Of a stretch of DNA of 64,000 nucleotides, positions 1 through 9,950 are shown piece by piece. The stretch lies in the IMG/VR virus record IMGVR_UViG_3300021963_009993, positions 96,001 to 160,000 of that record, one strand, 5' to 3'. The stretch is from a virus. Under the pieces are notes generated by a model, which saw only the letters and a program-made list of their open reading frames with translations, made no database searches and was not told the origin of the DNA. Position 1 is the first letter of the stretch; every line of letters starts with the position of its first letter. The position numbers and the translations under genes were made by a program.

Positions 1-165
1 ACTACAGGAGGAACCGTGGGCGATACTCCAACTGTCACACCTTTTGCTTTTGCAAATGACAATAAAGATTCAGGTAGTCCAAAAGAAATATTAAAAACTT
101 TTGAATCAGTTTCTTTCAAGATAGAATATAAAGATGGCACAACACAATCGGGAGAAATAAAATGA
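1..165 (+). CDS. 3' end of a gene truncated by the window edge, probably structural
   Basis: Frame 1 is open from base 1 to TGA at 163-165, which overlaps the ATG of the next gene (ATGA coupling). Confidence 0.6.
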   Translation, partial: TTGGTVGDTPTVTPFAFANDNKDSGSPKEILKTFESVSFKIEYKDGTTQSGEIK

Positions 166-635
166 CAGAATCAAACTTGAAATGCATTGGAAGCATAAAG
201 GCAACTGTTGAACATAAAGATGGAAGGATTGAAGTTTTTGAAAGAAAAAATACCGTTTTGTATTTGGGCAGGGTTGCTATTGCAAAAATGTTAGTAAACT
301 TTAATGGAGATGGTAGTGGTTATTTCGTGAATCGTTGGATTTTTGGAAATGGTGGAACTGATTCTGGAAAGACAAAGTTAGTAAACCCCGATATGAATGC
401 GTTGTTTGGAGCTACTGTTGCAACCAAACCTGTAATTTCAACAATAGATCAACCAAATTCAAGTCAGGCTATTTTCACATCTGTGTTGGCATATGCCGAT
501 GCAAATGGTTATGCAATTAATGAAATGGCACTTGTTTTAAATAATGGTGATCTTTACAGCATGGTCACATTTCCAGATTTGAATAAAACTGAAAATATAC
601 AGATTACATTTAACTGGTATGTTAATTTGATTTAA
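162..635 (+). CDS. Tail-collar/baseplate-type virion protein
   Basis: The pattern GxGG...YAINEMALV...F.DL.KTE..QIT..W resembles phage tail-fibre/collar N-terminal domains; lies in a structural cluster. Confidence 0.5.
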   Translation: MTESNLKCIGSIKATVEHKDGRIEVFERKNTVLYLGRVAIAKMLVNFNGDGSGYFVNRWIFGNGGTDSGKTKLVNPDMNALFGATVATKPVISTIDQPNSSQAIFTSVLAYADANGYAINEMALVLNNGDLYSMVTFPDLNKTENIQITFNWYVNLI

Positions 636-650
636 TATTAAAAAAGAAAG

Positions 651-658
651 TGTAAATA
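651..658 (+). promoter_or_regulatory. T4-type late promoter-like box TGTAAATA
   Basis: Matches the T4 late consensus TATAAATA at 7/8 and sits 4 nt before the ATG at 663. Confidence 0.5.
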
Positions 659-662
659 CAAT

Positions 663-1445
663 ATGCCTAACTTAGATCTAATACCAGTACCTCAATACGA
701 TCCAAATCAACCATATTTTTGGACTTATGACAATTTGCCACTTGCTGCATTGGCTCAAAGAGATGTGGCAATAAACAATGCTGTCAATTACAATACTGAA
801 ATACTTGCTCAGTCGATAGGTACTGCCGGGACTCTTGCAGCAAGATTGTCACAATCATTGCAAGATAATGGTGATTTGAAAGCAGAAGCGGTTGATAAAT
901 CTTTGCATAATATTGGATACCATGAGGATGGGGTTTACGAGGGTGTTGACTATGTAAGAATGAAGTTAGAGGAAAGACAGAAACTTGAACTCATACAACC
1001 AGAAGCAAAAAATCTTCAATTGGCTTTTACCGGCATATCAGATATTGTTTATATAAATTCAGGAGTTGGTTTTTTTGAGCCATCTGATACAGTCACATGG
1101 ACTGTTGAAGCTGACCAAAAAATACAAGCTCATGTTACTGTTGGACTTACAAATGCACATAGGCATTATGACAATATAATTCCCCAACCAACAGCGACTT
1201 CGCCAGATTATAAAAACTATATTACTGGACTAGCATCAGCCTATGCTTCTGGTTCTCTTAAAGTTTTTGTAAATGGAATAAGATTATCTCCAGATTTTAC
1301 AGTTTATGTTCCTTCAAGATCTGCAAATCCAACATGGACTTTGAACAAATTCGTTGAAACACCAAATAAAAAAGGTTTTGTTTTACAGAATGCAATTACT
1401 GCTGATGATATAATTTTGATTGATTTTGAAGTACCTTTGGGTTAA
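663..1445 (+). CDS. Putative virion structural protein
   Basis: 260 aa; the C-terminal SGSLKVFVNGIRL...D.IL.IDF beta segment is typical of tail-associated proteins; context. Confidence 0.45.
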   Translation: MPNLDLIPVPQYDPNQPYFWTYDNLPLAALAQRDVAINNAVNYNTEILAQSIGTAGTLAARLSQSLQDNGDLKAEAVDKSLHNIGYHEDGVYEGVDYVRMKLEERQKLELIQPEAKNLQLAFTGISDIVYINSGVGFFEPSDTVTWTVEADQKIQAHVTVGLTNAHRHYDNIIPQPTATSPDYKNYITGLASAYASGSLKVFVNGIRLSPDFTVYVPSRSANPTWTLNKFVETPNKKGFVLQNAITADDIILIDFEVPLG

Positions 1446-1477
1446 GATATATTTTTAAAAACCCAAGGATCACAAAA

Positions 1478-1993
1478 ATGCCATATGAAAATAAAAAGAT
1501 GGACATGACCGTTGTCATTTTCTCTTTAGACGGCGATGTTTATAAGATAAAAAAATCTATAACATCTACAGGAGAACTTTGTGGCAATTATGATATTTTA
1601 ATATCTAGCATTTCAAAGATTCAAAATATTGGATATGAAACTATTCAATTTGAAAACAATTCTATTTCTGATTTGATTGATACATCCATGAAAAAAATAA
1701 AGACCAAGTGGGCTTATTTTTTGCAAGCTGGTAGTGTGGTTTGCAAGGGAGTTGACAAGAAATTGTCAAGGCATATTTCGAGCGAGAAAGATGTCTTGTA
1801 TCCTGTTTATAACAGAATATGGGATTTTGTTGACAGTTCAATAAACGGATTACTTTTAAGCAAATCACTTTATGAAGAAGTGGGTGAATTCAAGGAAGAA
1901 ATTGATCCGAAATTTACTAAGTTAATGTGGGCTGGAAAAGCTTTGGAAAAAGGATGCAGATTTAAAGCCGTAGTCGGCACAAGAAACATATAG
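1478..1993 (+). CDS. Glycosyltransferase-like (GT-A-like) protein
   Basis: KWAYFLQAG and NGLLLSKSLYEEVGEF segments resemble GT2-type folds; no clear DxD. Confidence 0.35.
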   Translation: MPYENKKMDMTVVIFSLDGDVYKIKKSITSTGELCGNYDILISSISKIQNIGYETIQFENNSISDLIDTSMKKIKTKWAYFLQAGSVVCKGVDKKLSRHISSEKDVLYPVYNRIWDFVDSSINGLLLSKSLYEEVGEFKEEIDPKFTKLMWAGKALEKGCRFKAVVGTRNI

Positions 1994-2000
1994 GTGGTTA

Positions 2001-2648
2001 ATGGAAAATTTAAGAAACGAAATTTTTGAAATAGCAGAAAAATATGCTCTTCCATCTAGGCACACAGATTTCCAAATAGAACAATTTATAATTGGCAAAG
2101 AGACATCAATATACGGCAAGTTTTGGCAATGCATAAGAGAAATAACCACGAGAAGAGACACGATTTTAAACTATGAAAGAGAACTCATTGAAATAGATGA
2201 TAATTTAGAAATTGAAAAAATAAATTTGCAATTGATGGAAAACAAGAATTGTTTCAGCAAAAATATCAACATACAAGAACTAAAGAAGAAAAAACTAGGT
2301 ATTTTAATCTCCAGACAAAATAGAAAGATTTCAAAAATAGAAGATAATAAGAAAATAATAATAAATAGAATTAGCGATACTTTGTCTGAAACGAAGAAGT
2401 TTATTGAAATTTTCAATAGATTGTTGAGTACTTGCGAATACAAAGATATCAACGATCATGAAGCCCAAATGGAATATTGGAATAAGAAATTTGGTATGGA
2501 ACTGAATTTGGGAGCTATGTTTGGTCAGCCAGCAAATTTAGAACTTATAAAATCAGTTCTTGCTCTACCAGATAACTCACCAGTTCAAAAACAGATGCAA
2601 AAAGTATTGGAAAATATAAGTAAAAAAATGATAGGCACAAACACTTAA
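2001..2648 (+). CDS. Hypothetical coiled-coil phage protein
   Basis: 215 aa with an HTDFQIEQFIIG...QC.REI motif and long heptad stretches. Confidence 0.55.
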   Translation: MENLRNEIFEIAEKYALPSRHTDFQIEQFIIGKETSIYGKFWQCIREITTRRDTILNYERELIEIDDNLEIEKINLQLMENKNCFSKNINIQELKKKKLGILISRQNRKISKIEDNKKIIINRISDTLSETKKFIEIFNRLLSTCEYKDINDHEAQMEYWNKKFGMELNLGAMFGQPANLELIKSVLALPDNSPVQKQMQKVLENISKKMIGTNT

Positions 2649-2655
2649 TAATAAC

Positions 2656-3684
2656 ATGGCAAATCCAAAATTAACTAGTTACGATTTGGGATATCAGTCT
2701 GGCGATTTAAGCATCTTTCCCTTAGCTATAGACAGTTTCGTAAATTTATACGAAGCAGCTAATTCGGCAGAAACAAAAACTACCCAAACTGTTGTTTTTA
2801 CTTCTGACACCATAGTCGTTGAAGATACATCTGCTTTCCCAGAGCAGGGTGTGATACGAATGGTTTTGCCAAATTACACCGGATTATCGTATGAGTTGAT
2901 TTATTATTACAAGAAAACAACAAATAGCTTTCAAGAATTACTAAGAGGATTCTGCAACACAAAACAATCTCCTTGGCCAATAGGAACACTTGTTCAAGGA
3001 AGCGTAATTGCAGAACATCATAACGCAATTAAAGATGCAATTCTGCAAATAGAAAACAAGGTAGGAATCGAAACAGAAACATCAACATCAACAATTCAAG
3101 GATTGGTCACAGCACAAGAATCTAGATTTTACTCACCCAGACCACAATTTAAAGCCTATCCTACAAAAGCTTATCTTGGAACACCCATAAGATTTCAGAA
3201 TTTTTCAAATTCAATAACTACCAGATATTTTTGGGATTTTGGTGATGGCAACACATCTTTGCAAAAAAATCCAGTACACACATATAGAACAGAAGGAAAA
3301 TATACTGTAGAACTCAGAATAATAACAGAATTGGGTGGACAAGGAATATTGACAAAACAAAATTACATAACAATATCAAATGATTATATAGAGCCATTTT
3401 TTTATGCAACACCAACAGTAGGAAGAAGTAGACAATATGCAACTGCGAACTCAACAACGCCTACAACATTCACTTTTGTAGATCAAACGAAAGCTGAAAT
3501 TGTCTCACGAATATGGCAATTTGATGACGGAACAAACTTGTCTGTAGATGACCCTGACATACACACAGCTACCCACATTTACCAAAAGCCAAAAGAAGGT
3601 GGTTATAAGCCAAGTTTAATTATTACCTTGGCAAGTGGTCAAGTATACAGAACAGTAATTTATGATTCAATTACGGTGATTTAA
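2656..3684 (+). CDS. PKD-domain virion protein, paralog 1
   Basis: PKD signature YFWDFGDG...PVHTY...GKYTVEL plus a second WQFDDG repeat; N-terminal domain with AEHHN motif. Confidence 0.7.
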   Translation: MANPKLTSYDLGYQSGDLSIFPLAIDSFVNLYEAANSAETKTTQTVVFTSDTIVVEDTSAFPEQGVIRMVLPNYTGLSYELIYYYKKTTNSFQELLRGFCNTKQSPWPIGTLVQGSVIAEHHNAIKDAILQIENKVGIETETSTSTIQGLVTAQESRFYSPRPQFKAYPTKAYLGTPIRFQNFSNSITTRYFWDFGDGNTSLQKNPVHTYRTEGKYTVELRIITELGGQGILTKQNYITISNDYIEPFFYATPTVGRSRQYATANSTTPTTFTFVDQTKAEIVSRIWQFDDGTNLSVDDPDIHTATHIYQKPKEGGYKPSLIITLASGQVYRTVIYDSITVI

Positions 3685-5930
3685 TGGCAATACCATCAGT
3701 TTTATATCCACAAAATTACGATGCAGATAATACACTTTATGCAGTAAAAGATTCAGCATATCTTCAACTAGCACAAGATTATAATCCTGGTGATAGATTC
3801 ATTTACTTCAATCCAGATGATGAAAAAGCTGCTTTGTTTCCACCATCTGGAATCATAACACTTGTAGAACAATGTTCAGATCCAAATTTAAGAGCAACAT
3901 CATATTTTTATGCAAATAGAACCAGTCAATTTTTTTATGATTTAACTATTTTGGATGGATTTACAGATACCTATAAACCCAGCAAAGTTACAAATATTGT
4001 CATGAATGTCATGGCAGAACATCATAATAACATCAAAGATGCTTTGATTAATATTCAACAAGTAGTAGGCTTGCAAGATGATGAAGAACCAGTAAATCCA
4101 AATGAAGGTAATTTGGTACAGAGAATAAAATATTTAAAAAAAGTTGCTTATACTCCAATTGCATGGTTTGTTGCCGATAAAAATATTGGTTTGGTTCCGT
4201 TGAAAGTCAATTTCACAAGCCAAAGTGTTAGATTGGGAGAAAGTATAAAAGACAATAACATTGAATATCTTTGGGATTTTGGTGATGGCACCACAAGCAC
4301 ACAGGGGCCAACTGTTTCCAAGACATATACAGAATCTGGTATTTACTCTGTTTCTCTTACTGTAAGAAATAAATATGGTGAAGATACTTTTGAATTGATT
4401 GATTTTGTTGATGTTAAATTCACAGCACCTGAAGTCGCAGTATTAAATATAATACCGTCAACTTATCAAAATGTAATAAATGGTCAGTTTAAAACACCAA
4501 TAAACATGAATATAAGTCTTCTAATTCCAAGTGGTGAAAATCCCAATAATCTTGGTTATTCTTATTCGGGTGAAAAACTAGATCCATCAAATTTCAACAA
4601 TCCTTTTGATCCCATAACGACATACACATGGTCATTAGCGGATGATTATTTCCATGCCGACAGCATGTCAACACAGGCCATCTACAGTCGTGGAGGATTG
4701 TATCAACCTGTCTTAAGAGTAGATACAGAATCTGAAGCATATAGAATTACTAAATTTACCAGTATGTTAGTCGGCAGAATACCATCAACAGTTACAACCA
4801 CTTCAGGTTATTTAAATGTTGTTGAAAGAACTAATGCATGGTTGTTTACATTTGTTCCATGTATTCCCAACACACCCTGCACAACACAAGTTCGTGCAAA
4901 TGAAATGGGTTTTATAAGCGAAACATTCAAAACTCAAAATGTTTATTATCCTGTTTCCAGAAATCCCGGCTACATCATTTCCACTCAAACAAATATTCCA
5001 AAACAACTACAAGAATTCAATAGAAATACAGCTTTTACACCAAAAACATCGGTTTTATCTGGACTAGGTGGTGAGGCTGCAATTTATTGGGCTTCCGGCA
5101 GAGGGGTGTTAGATCCAATATCTTTGGAAACGATTAATGCCGTAAATTTCAATGCCTTTGAGGAAACTTACGCAAATATAACTGGCACCACAAGACCTTG
5201 GAACTGGACATCATTTGCTTATCAAAATAAGACATATTTTATTTTCGGAAATCCCACTAGCCCACAACCTCCCGGTTTATCACTTACAAACTTAAACCTT
5301 GCCATACATAATCCTTTAGATTTGACATGGAATAATACTAGGACATTTACATCAACCAGTTTTATTGGTTCTGCTAGTGAGCTTACTTACAATGCAGCAG
5401 TATATGACAATACTGGTAAAAACCTTTGGGGAAATTTTAGTACCTATAGAACTACAATTAGAAATGAAAATGCTTATATTTTAAAAAATACAGAAGCTGG
5501 AGATAATTTTTCCATAAAATCATTCTATAGAAGTGTAAGTGATGGAGTAAATCTCATAGGAACTTTTGAGAAATTACTGGATATTGCTGGACCAAAAAAA
5601 CTTGAAGGAATACTTCTAAATCTCAAAGATGGAATATTTTTCTTTAACAACACAGGATCTGTTTCCCAATATGACACAAATACTGCAACTTGGAAAGTGG
5701 GAGGTCCGGGTCAAAATTCTGTGACATTTAATGATTTGCAAGATACTAATGTTTTAAATTATGCCAACGAGGAAAACACTTTGGTTGGAACAACAAATAA
5801 TGACTACAATGCATATCTCAGTTATGACTATAGCAATAATGCTTATTTGAAATTTAATGCAATAGATTTGACATTTTCAAAACTTGATTCCAGACCATCT
5901 GGAGAACAATGGATTTTTGGTAACTATTAA
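3684..5930 (+). CDS. PKD-domain virion protein, paralog 2
   Basis: YLWDFGDG...SKTY...GIYSVSLTV PKD repeat; AEHHN motif; long beta-rich C-terminus. Confidence 0.7.
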   Translation: MAIPSVLYPQNYDADNTLYAVKDSAYLQLAQDYNPGDRFIYFNPDDEKAALFPPSGIITLVEQCSDPNLRATSYFYANRTSQFFYDLTILDGFTDTYKPSKVTNIVMNVMAEHHNNIKDALINIQQVVGLQDDEEPVNPNEGNLVQRIKYLKKVAYTPIAWFVADKNIGLVPLKVNFTSQSVRLGESIKDNNIEYLWDFGDGTTSTQGPTVSKTYTESGIYSVSLTVRNKYGEDTFELIDFVDVKFTAPEVAVLNIIPSTYQNVINGQFKTPINMNISLLIPSGENPNNLGYSYSGEKLDPSNFNNPFDPITTYTWSLADDYFHADSMSTQAIYSRGGLYQPVLRVDTESEAYRITKFTSMLVGRIPSTVTTTSGYLNVVERTNAWLFTFVPCIPNTPCTTQVRANEMGFISETFKTQNVYYPVSRNPGYIISTQTNIPKQLQEFNRNTAFTPKTSVLSGLGGEAAIYWASGRGVLDPISLETINAVNFNAFEETYANITGTTRPWNWTSFAYQNKTYFIFGNPTSPQPPGLSLTNLNLAIHNPLDLTWNNTRTFTSTSFIGSASELTYNAAVYDNTGKNLWGNFSTYRTTIRNENAYILKNTEAGDNFSIKSFYRSVSDGVNLIGTFEKLLDIAGPKKLEGILLNLKDGIFFFNNTGSVSQYDTNTATWKVGGPGQNSVTFNDLQDTNVLNYANEENTLVGTTNNDYNAYLSYDYSNNAYLKFNAIDLTFSKLDSRPSGEQWIFGNY

Positions 5931-5936
5931 TAAATA
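5931..5936 (+). promoter_or_regulatory. Late promoter-like TAAATA
   Basis: AATAAATA directly after the preceding stop, followed by a purine-rich RBS and the TTG start at 5961. Confidence 0.4.
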
Positions 5937-5960
5937 TAAGGAATAAGAGAAGGAAAGAAT

Positions 5961-8900
5961 TTGGCTAATATTTTCCCATCACAATCTGTTTATCCAAGAC
6001 AGTACGACAGCGACAGAACCTTGTATAAGGTTTTCAACACCGCTGAAACCGTATTGTCTGAGGATTTAAAAGCATGGGCAACAGAAATTAGCATAGTTCC
6101 AGTTGCCGATGACAAAATGGATTTGTGGGATGATAATGGATTTGCCAACATCAGCGGAGAATTAATTTATTACGACAATGTTGTAAGAAATTACTATGGC
6201 AAAGCTGTAAAATTAATAAATTGTATCAGGAATCAAGGTGGCAAACCACCACAATTCAATAGTGCAGGTACTGATGTAAGAGGATTTGTAATAGCCGAAC
6301 ATCACAACCAACTTGCGAGAGCTATTGTCAACACGGAAAGATTTATTGCTTCCTTGGATCTTGAACTCCAAAGCTTGGCAAATTTGCAACTTACAAGTGA
6401 TGATTTTGGTGTTCCAGAAATAGATTTCACATATAGGGTTGTTAATGAAAATCCGAATGTTGGCACAACAATAAATTATAATTTAAATGTTAATACCCCA
6501 CAACCTTCTCCAACCCCGACACCGACACCCGGAACACCTACTCCAACCCCGACACCGACACCCGGAACTGGACCCGGAATAAACTTCAATATTGATTTTG
6601 GTGATGGAACCAATAACTCGACAGATCAAACAGGCTCGCATCTTTATACACCAAACAATACAGTTGACCCGAGTGTAACTGTTACTGGGCCAGGTTTCAT
6701 ATCTACACAGAGTGGCCCAGTAAGAATAGCACCAAGTCAACCAGCACAAGTTCCAGTTGTCGCCAATCCAGCATTGCCACAATGTGTTATTCCAGCAATA
6801 CCTGCTTTCCCAGACTATCAAGTAAATGTTCCAAACCTTACACCAGAACAACTACAATTCCCGCCGATAGTTTTTCCAGCCTTGGATATTGGGCCTTTTG
6901 GTCCTATTGTAATTCCATCAGAAATAAAAATTACCCCTCCATTTAATATTCCAAGCACAATATCATTCAAAGATATACCCAACCTTCCTTCCACAATTGA
7001 TATACAAATACCTGGAATTACAGTACCCGATGCCAATGGCAACTATATAGTACCTCCACAGTTCTTGCCAAACGGTTCACCTAATCCAGCGTATAATTCA
7101 AATACTGGGCCTTTTGGCATACCGAAAACAATAACAATCAACCCAGCAAGCATTAACATAAATCCAGCTTCAGTAAACATAAATGTCGATGTTAATAAAA
7201 CTGATAAGCAATGTTTCTTATGTTCAGATCCAGCAGTATGGCCACAAAGTAGTACAAATTTAGTAGCAAATCAATATCCTTTGCCAGTAAATGGAAGATG
7301 CATAGTTTGTGGTTCAGACGGCTCATTGGTAGGCAAACTTGGTACAAGCGATGTTTATTTGGATCAACTGGGTGACGATCAAGGCAATATCACAAGTCTT
7401 ACAGTAACAGTAAGTAATATTCAACTACCAGCAGGCAAGAGTTACGGTAGTCTTAGAATGTTATTAGTTAGCCCCAAAGGACAATCATGTTTGTTGATGG
7501 GTGGTTTTACAACAACTACTACCACAACAAGCACAACACCAAGACCAACAACTACAACCAGACGACCAAGCACAACTCCAGTTCCAGCAACTACGCCAAG
7601 ACCAACAACAACTACGCTACCTCCTTTAGCTGAAGTGCTTGATTCTATATCAGCAGCAGTAACAGGAACTCCTTGCCCTACAGCCACAACGCAAAACAAT
7701 ACTGGAAATGCAGAAACAACAGACACATCTTGCTATATTACGAATACAATACAAGAAGCAACACCAATACAAATAAGTTTTGATCCTGAAATATTTGTTA
7801 CTGGGCCTGTTTACTCTTTGGATTTATATTTGCTGAATCAAAGTGGACGAGTTCTAAACAATATCACATTGAGTTTTAGCACAGATGGCACAAGATTTTT
7901 TGATATCAATCAAGTAACTACTGGCTGGCAAAATAACTCATACAAAGCTGTAAGATTTTCTTTGGCAGCTGCAAACTTCACACCAATCAGAAATGCTGTA
8001 AATACATTTTACATCAAGAATTCTAGAAGCCTTCCGTTGCCCGGACAATCTCCAACACCAAATAGATTAGGTGCTGTAAAAGTGAGTGTTGCTGGGCTTC
8101 AGGGAGAAATTGCAAATCCAACGAAAATATGGCAAGGTCTTGGAAATTCAGCAGAAGGTGATACTCTTAAAAACTACATGTTGTATAGGGTTATTACCAG
8201 ATATTATCAAGCTAATCCAACAACAACCACCACCACAACTACAACTACTACCACCACCACAACTACTTCTACCACAAGTACTTCCACAAGCACGACAAGA
8301 CCACCCGATTTTCCAACAAATACAACAATAACATTCTCGGATACTGCACCAACAGACATTTACACAGGAAACGCCATATTATTTGCTGGGTCTGGTATGT
8401 ATAAACCGAGCCCCAACGGTAGACAATCTGTTGCACTTCCTATTGGTGCTGGGATTCCTTCTGCACCATATGGCACTAGTTTATCAGTTTTTTATGGTGA
8501 ACAGGTGGATGGTTATACACCACCAGCACCAACACCAGGAACATCAACAAGTTCAACCACATCTACAACACCATCTCCTTCACAAAGATGGAGATTGTAC
8601 ATAGCAATTGATGATGCTACACTAAATGGAAGTCTTACACGATTTTGTATAAAAGCCAGCGTTACTACTTCTTCAAGTTGCTCAGGTGCGCTTCCTTTTT
8701 CAGGATCAACAACCTCTACAACTACAACTACAACTACAACTCCCACTCCCACTCCCACAACATCAACAACACCACCTACACCCACACCTACACCCACACC
8801 CACACCATCGCCCACACCCACACCAGTACCAACACCCACACCAGTACCAACACCCACACCAGTACCAACACCAGTACCAACACCAACACCAACACCTACA

Positions 8901-9950
8901 CCTACACCTACACCTACACCTACACCTACACCAACGCCTACTACTGGTTGTGAAACATGTCGAGATTGTCAAATCAATACTTGTTGTTATGAGTGTAGCC
9001 CAATAAATGGTTTTTATTATTCAACAGCATCTGGTAACAAATGTGACATTGGTTGTTACTGTCCAATAATTACTGGATTTACACCTTGTACTTATCCTTG
9101 CGTAACATGTTTGCCTAATTGTGAATGCGCCACCACAACATTACCACCTTGTAGTGCGCCAACAGGATATTGCAGATATGAATGTTCTAGTAATAACACA
9201 TGGCAGTCTTATTGCAATAATTGTGAAAACGGCCAGAATTGTCCTTCTGGCATAATAGGAACTTCTTGTAGTACAGTTGGTGTTTTCAAAGATGAAAGAT
9301 GTGTTGGAAGCGGAACAACATCAACAACCCCTGTGCCGACAACGACAACGACAACGACAACATCAACATCGACAACCCCAACTCCCACAACATCAACTAC
9401 CCCACCTACACCTACACCTACACCTACACCTACACCTACACCTACTCCAATTATTGGCAACTGGGTATTACAATTCTCAACAGCTTGTTCACAACCTTTA
9501 AATCCAAGTTGTTGTGCAGTACCAACAGCAGATTGTACTTCATCAATATTTGGAACATCTACTGAAACAAACTGTAATCCGGGGGCATGTGGCGGTCAAA
9601 GCCTTGGTTGCACATGGGTTTGCCAAGCAGCATTTGCAGCAACTGCAAAAGAATTCAAACATAATTGGGTGAATATAACAGAACCAAACATACCAACACC
9701 AGAAAATAGGTCTGAACCAGTCAATATCTCTAGTTCATTAGAAAATAACATCAACAATCTTGGAATCCAAATTCAAGAAATTCCACAAACACCTTTATCA
9801 TTTGATAGTGATAAAGTTCAAAATGTAGAATACAGAGACTTATCGAAAAATATGTTAAACACAACTATGAACACAAATACTGTAAAATTTGTTTCAGCTA
9901 ACACTAATCTTAATGTTGACACAGAGGATTTGTTTGGCGAGAAAAAATGA
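5961..9950 (+). CDS. 1329-aa fibre-like protein: AEHHN domain, PKD-like repeat, split proprotein-convertase P-like domain, Thr/Pro mucin-like linkers, Cys-rich modules
   Basis: TTG start after GAGAAGGAAAG; IDFGDG PKD motif; (PT)n and poly-Thr tracts; two Cys-rich segments near the C-terminus. Confidence 0.7.
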   Translation: MANIFPSQSVYPRQYDSDRTLYKVFNTAETVLSEDLKAWATEISIVPVADDKMDLWDDNGFANISGELIYYDNVVRNYYGKAVKLINCIRNQGGKPPQFNSAGTDVRGFVIAEHHNQLARAIVNTERFIASLDLELQSLANLQLTSDDFGVPEIDFTYRVVNENPNVGTTINYNLNVNTPQPSPTPTPTPGTPTPTPTPTPGTGPGINFNIDFGDGTNNSTDQTGSHLYTPNNTVDPSVTVTGPGFISTQSGPVRIAPSQPAQVPVVANPALPQCVIPAIPAFPDYQVNVPNLTPEQLQFPPIVFPALDIGPFGPIVIPSEIKITPPFNIPSTISFKDIPNLPSTIDIQIPGITVPDANGNYIVPPQFLPNGSPNPAYNSNTGPFGIPKTITINPASININPASVNINVDVNKTDKQCFLCSDPAVWPQSSTNLVANQYPLPVNGRCIVCGSDGSLVGKLGTSDVYLDQLGDDQGNITSLTVTVSNIQLPAGKSYGSLRMLLVSPKGQSCLLMGGFTTTTTTTSTTPRPTTTTRRPSTTPVPATTPRPTTTTLPPLAEVLDSISAAVTGTPCPTATTQNNTGNAETTDTSCYITNTIQEATPIQISFDPEIFVTGPVYSLDLYLLNQSGRVLNNITLSFSTDGTRFFDINQVTTGWQNNSYKAVRFSLAAANFTPIRNAVNTFYIKNSRSLPLPGQSPTPNRLGAVKVSVAGLQGEIANPTKIWQGLGNSAEGDTLKNYMLYRVITRYYQANPTTTTTTTTTTTTTTTTSTTSTSTSTTRPPDFPTNTTITFSDTAPTDIYTGNAILFAGSGMYKPSPNGRQSVALPIGAGIPSAPYGTSLSVFYGEQVDGYTPPAPTPGTSTSSTTSTTPSPSQRWRLYIAIDDATLNGSLTRFCIKASVTTSSSCSGALPFSGSTTSTTTTTTTTPTPTPTTSTTPPTPTPTPTPTPSPTPTPVPTPTPVPTPTPVPTPVPTPTPTPTPTPTPTPTPTPTPTTGCETCRDCQINTCCYECSPINGFYYSTASGNKCDIGCYCPIITGFTPCTYPCVTCLPNCECATTTLPPCSAPTGYCRYECSSNNTWQSYCNNCENGQNCPSGIIGTSCSTVGVFKDERCVGSGTTSTTPVPTTTTTTTTSTSTTPTPTTSTTPPTPTPTPTPTPTPTPIIGNWVLQFSTACSQPLNPSCCAVPTADCTSSIFGTSTETNCNPGACGGQSLGCTWVCQAAFAATAKEFKHNWVNITEPNIPTPENRSEPVNISSSLENNINNLGIQIQEIPQTPLSFDSDKVQNVEYRDLSKNMLNTTMNTNTVKFVSANTNLNVDTEDLFGEKK
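6508..6568 (+). repeat. 28-bp exact direct repeat with 33-bp period, encoding PTPTPTPGT
   Basis: CTCCAACCCCGACACCGACACCCGGAAC at 6508-6535 and 6541-6568. Confidence 0.85.
8710..8945 (+). repeat. Coding low-complexity Thr/Pro tandem repeat
   Basis: (ACACCT)n, (ACACCC)n and ACACCAGTACCA units; a similar TTSTTPPTPTP block recurs at about 9320-9450. Confidence 0.85.

Noticed and set aside
8710-9450. Template/variable repeat pair of a diversity-generating retroelement
   Set aside because: The two similar blocks differ at synonymous positions of low-complexity codons, not specifically at adenines, and no reverse transcriptase is in the window.
8086-9565. Overlapping Gln/His/Tyr/Val/Cys-rich ORFs in other frames
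   Set aside because: They are shadow translations of the Thr/Pro repeats in the 1329-aa gene and have no RBS or independent signal.
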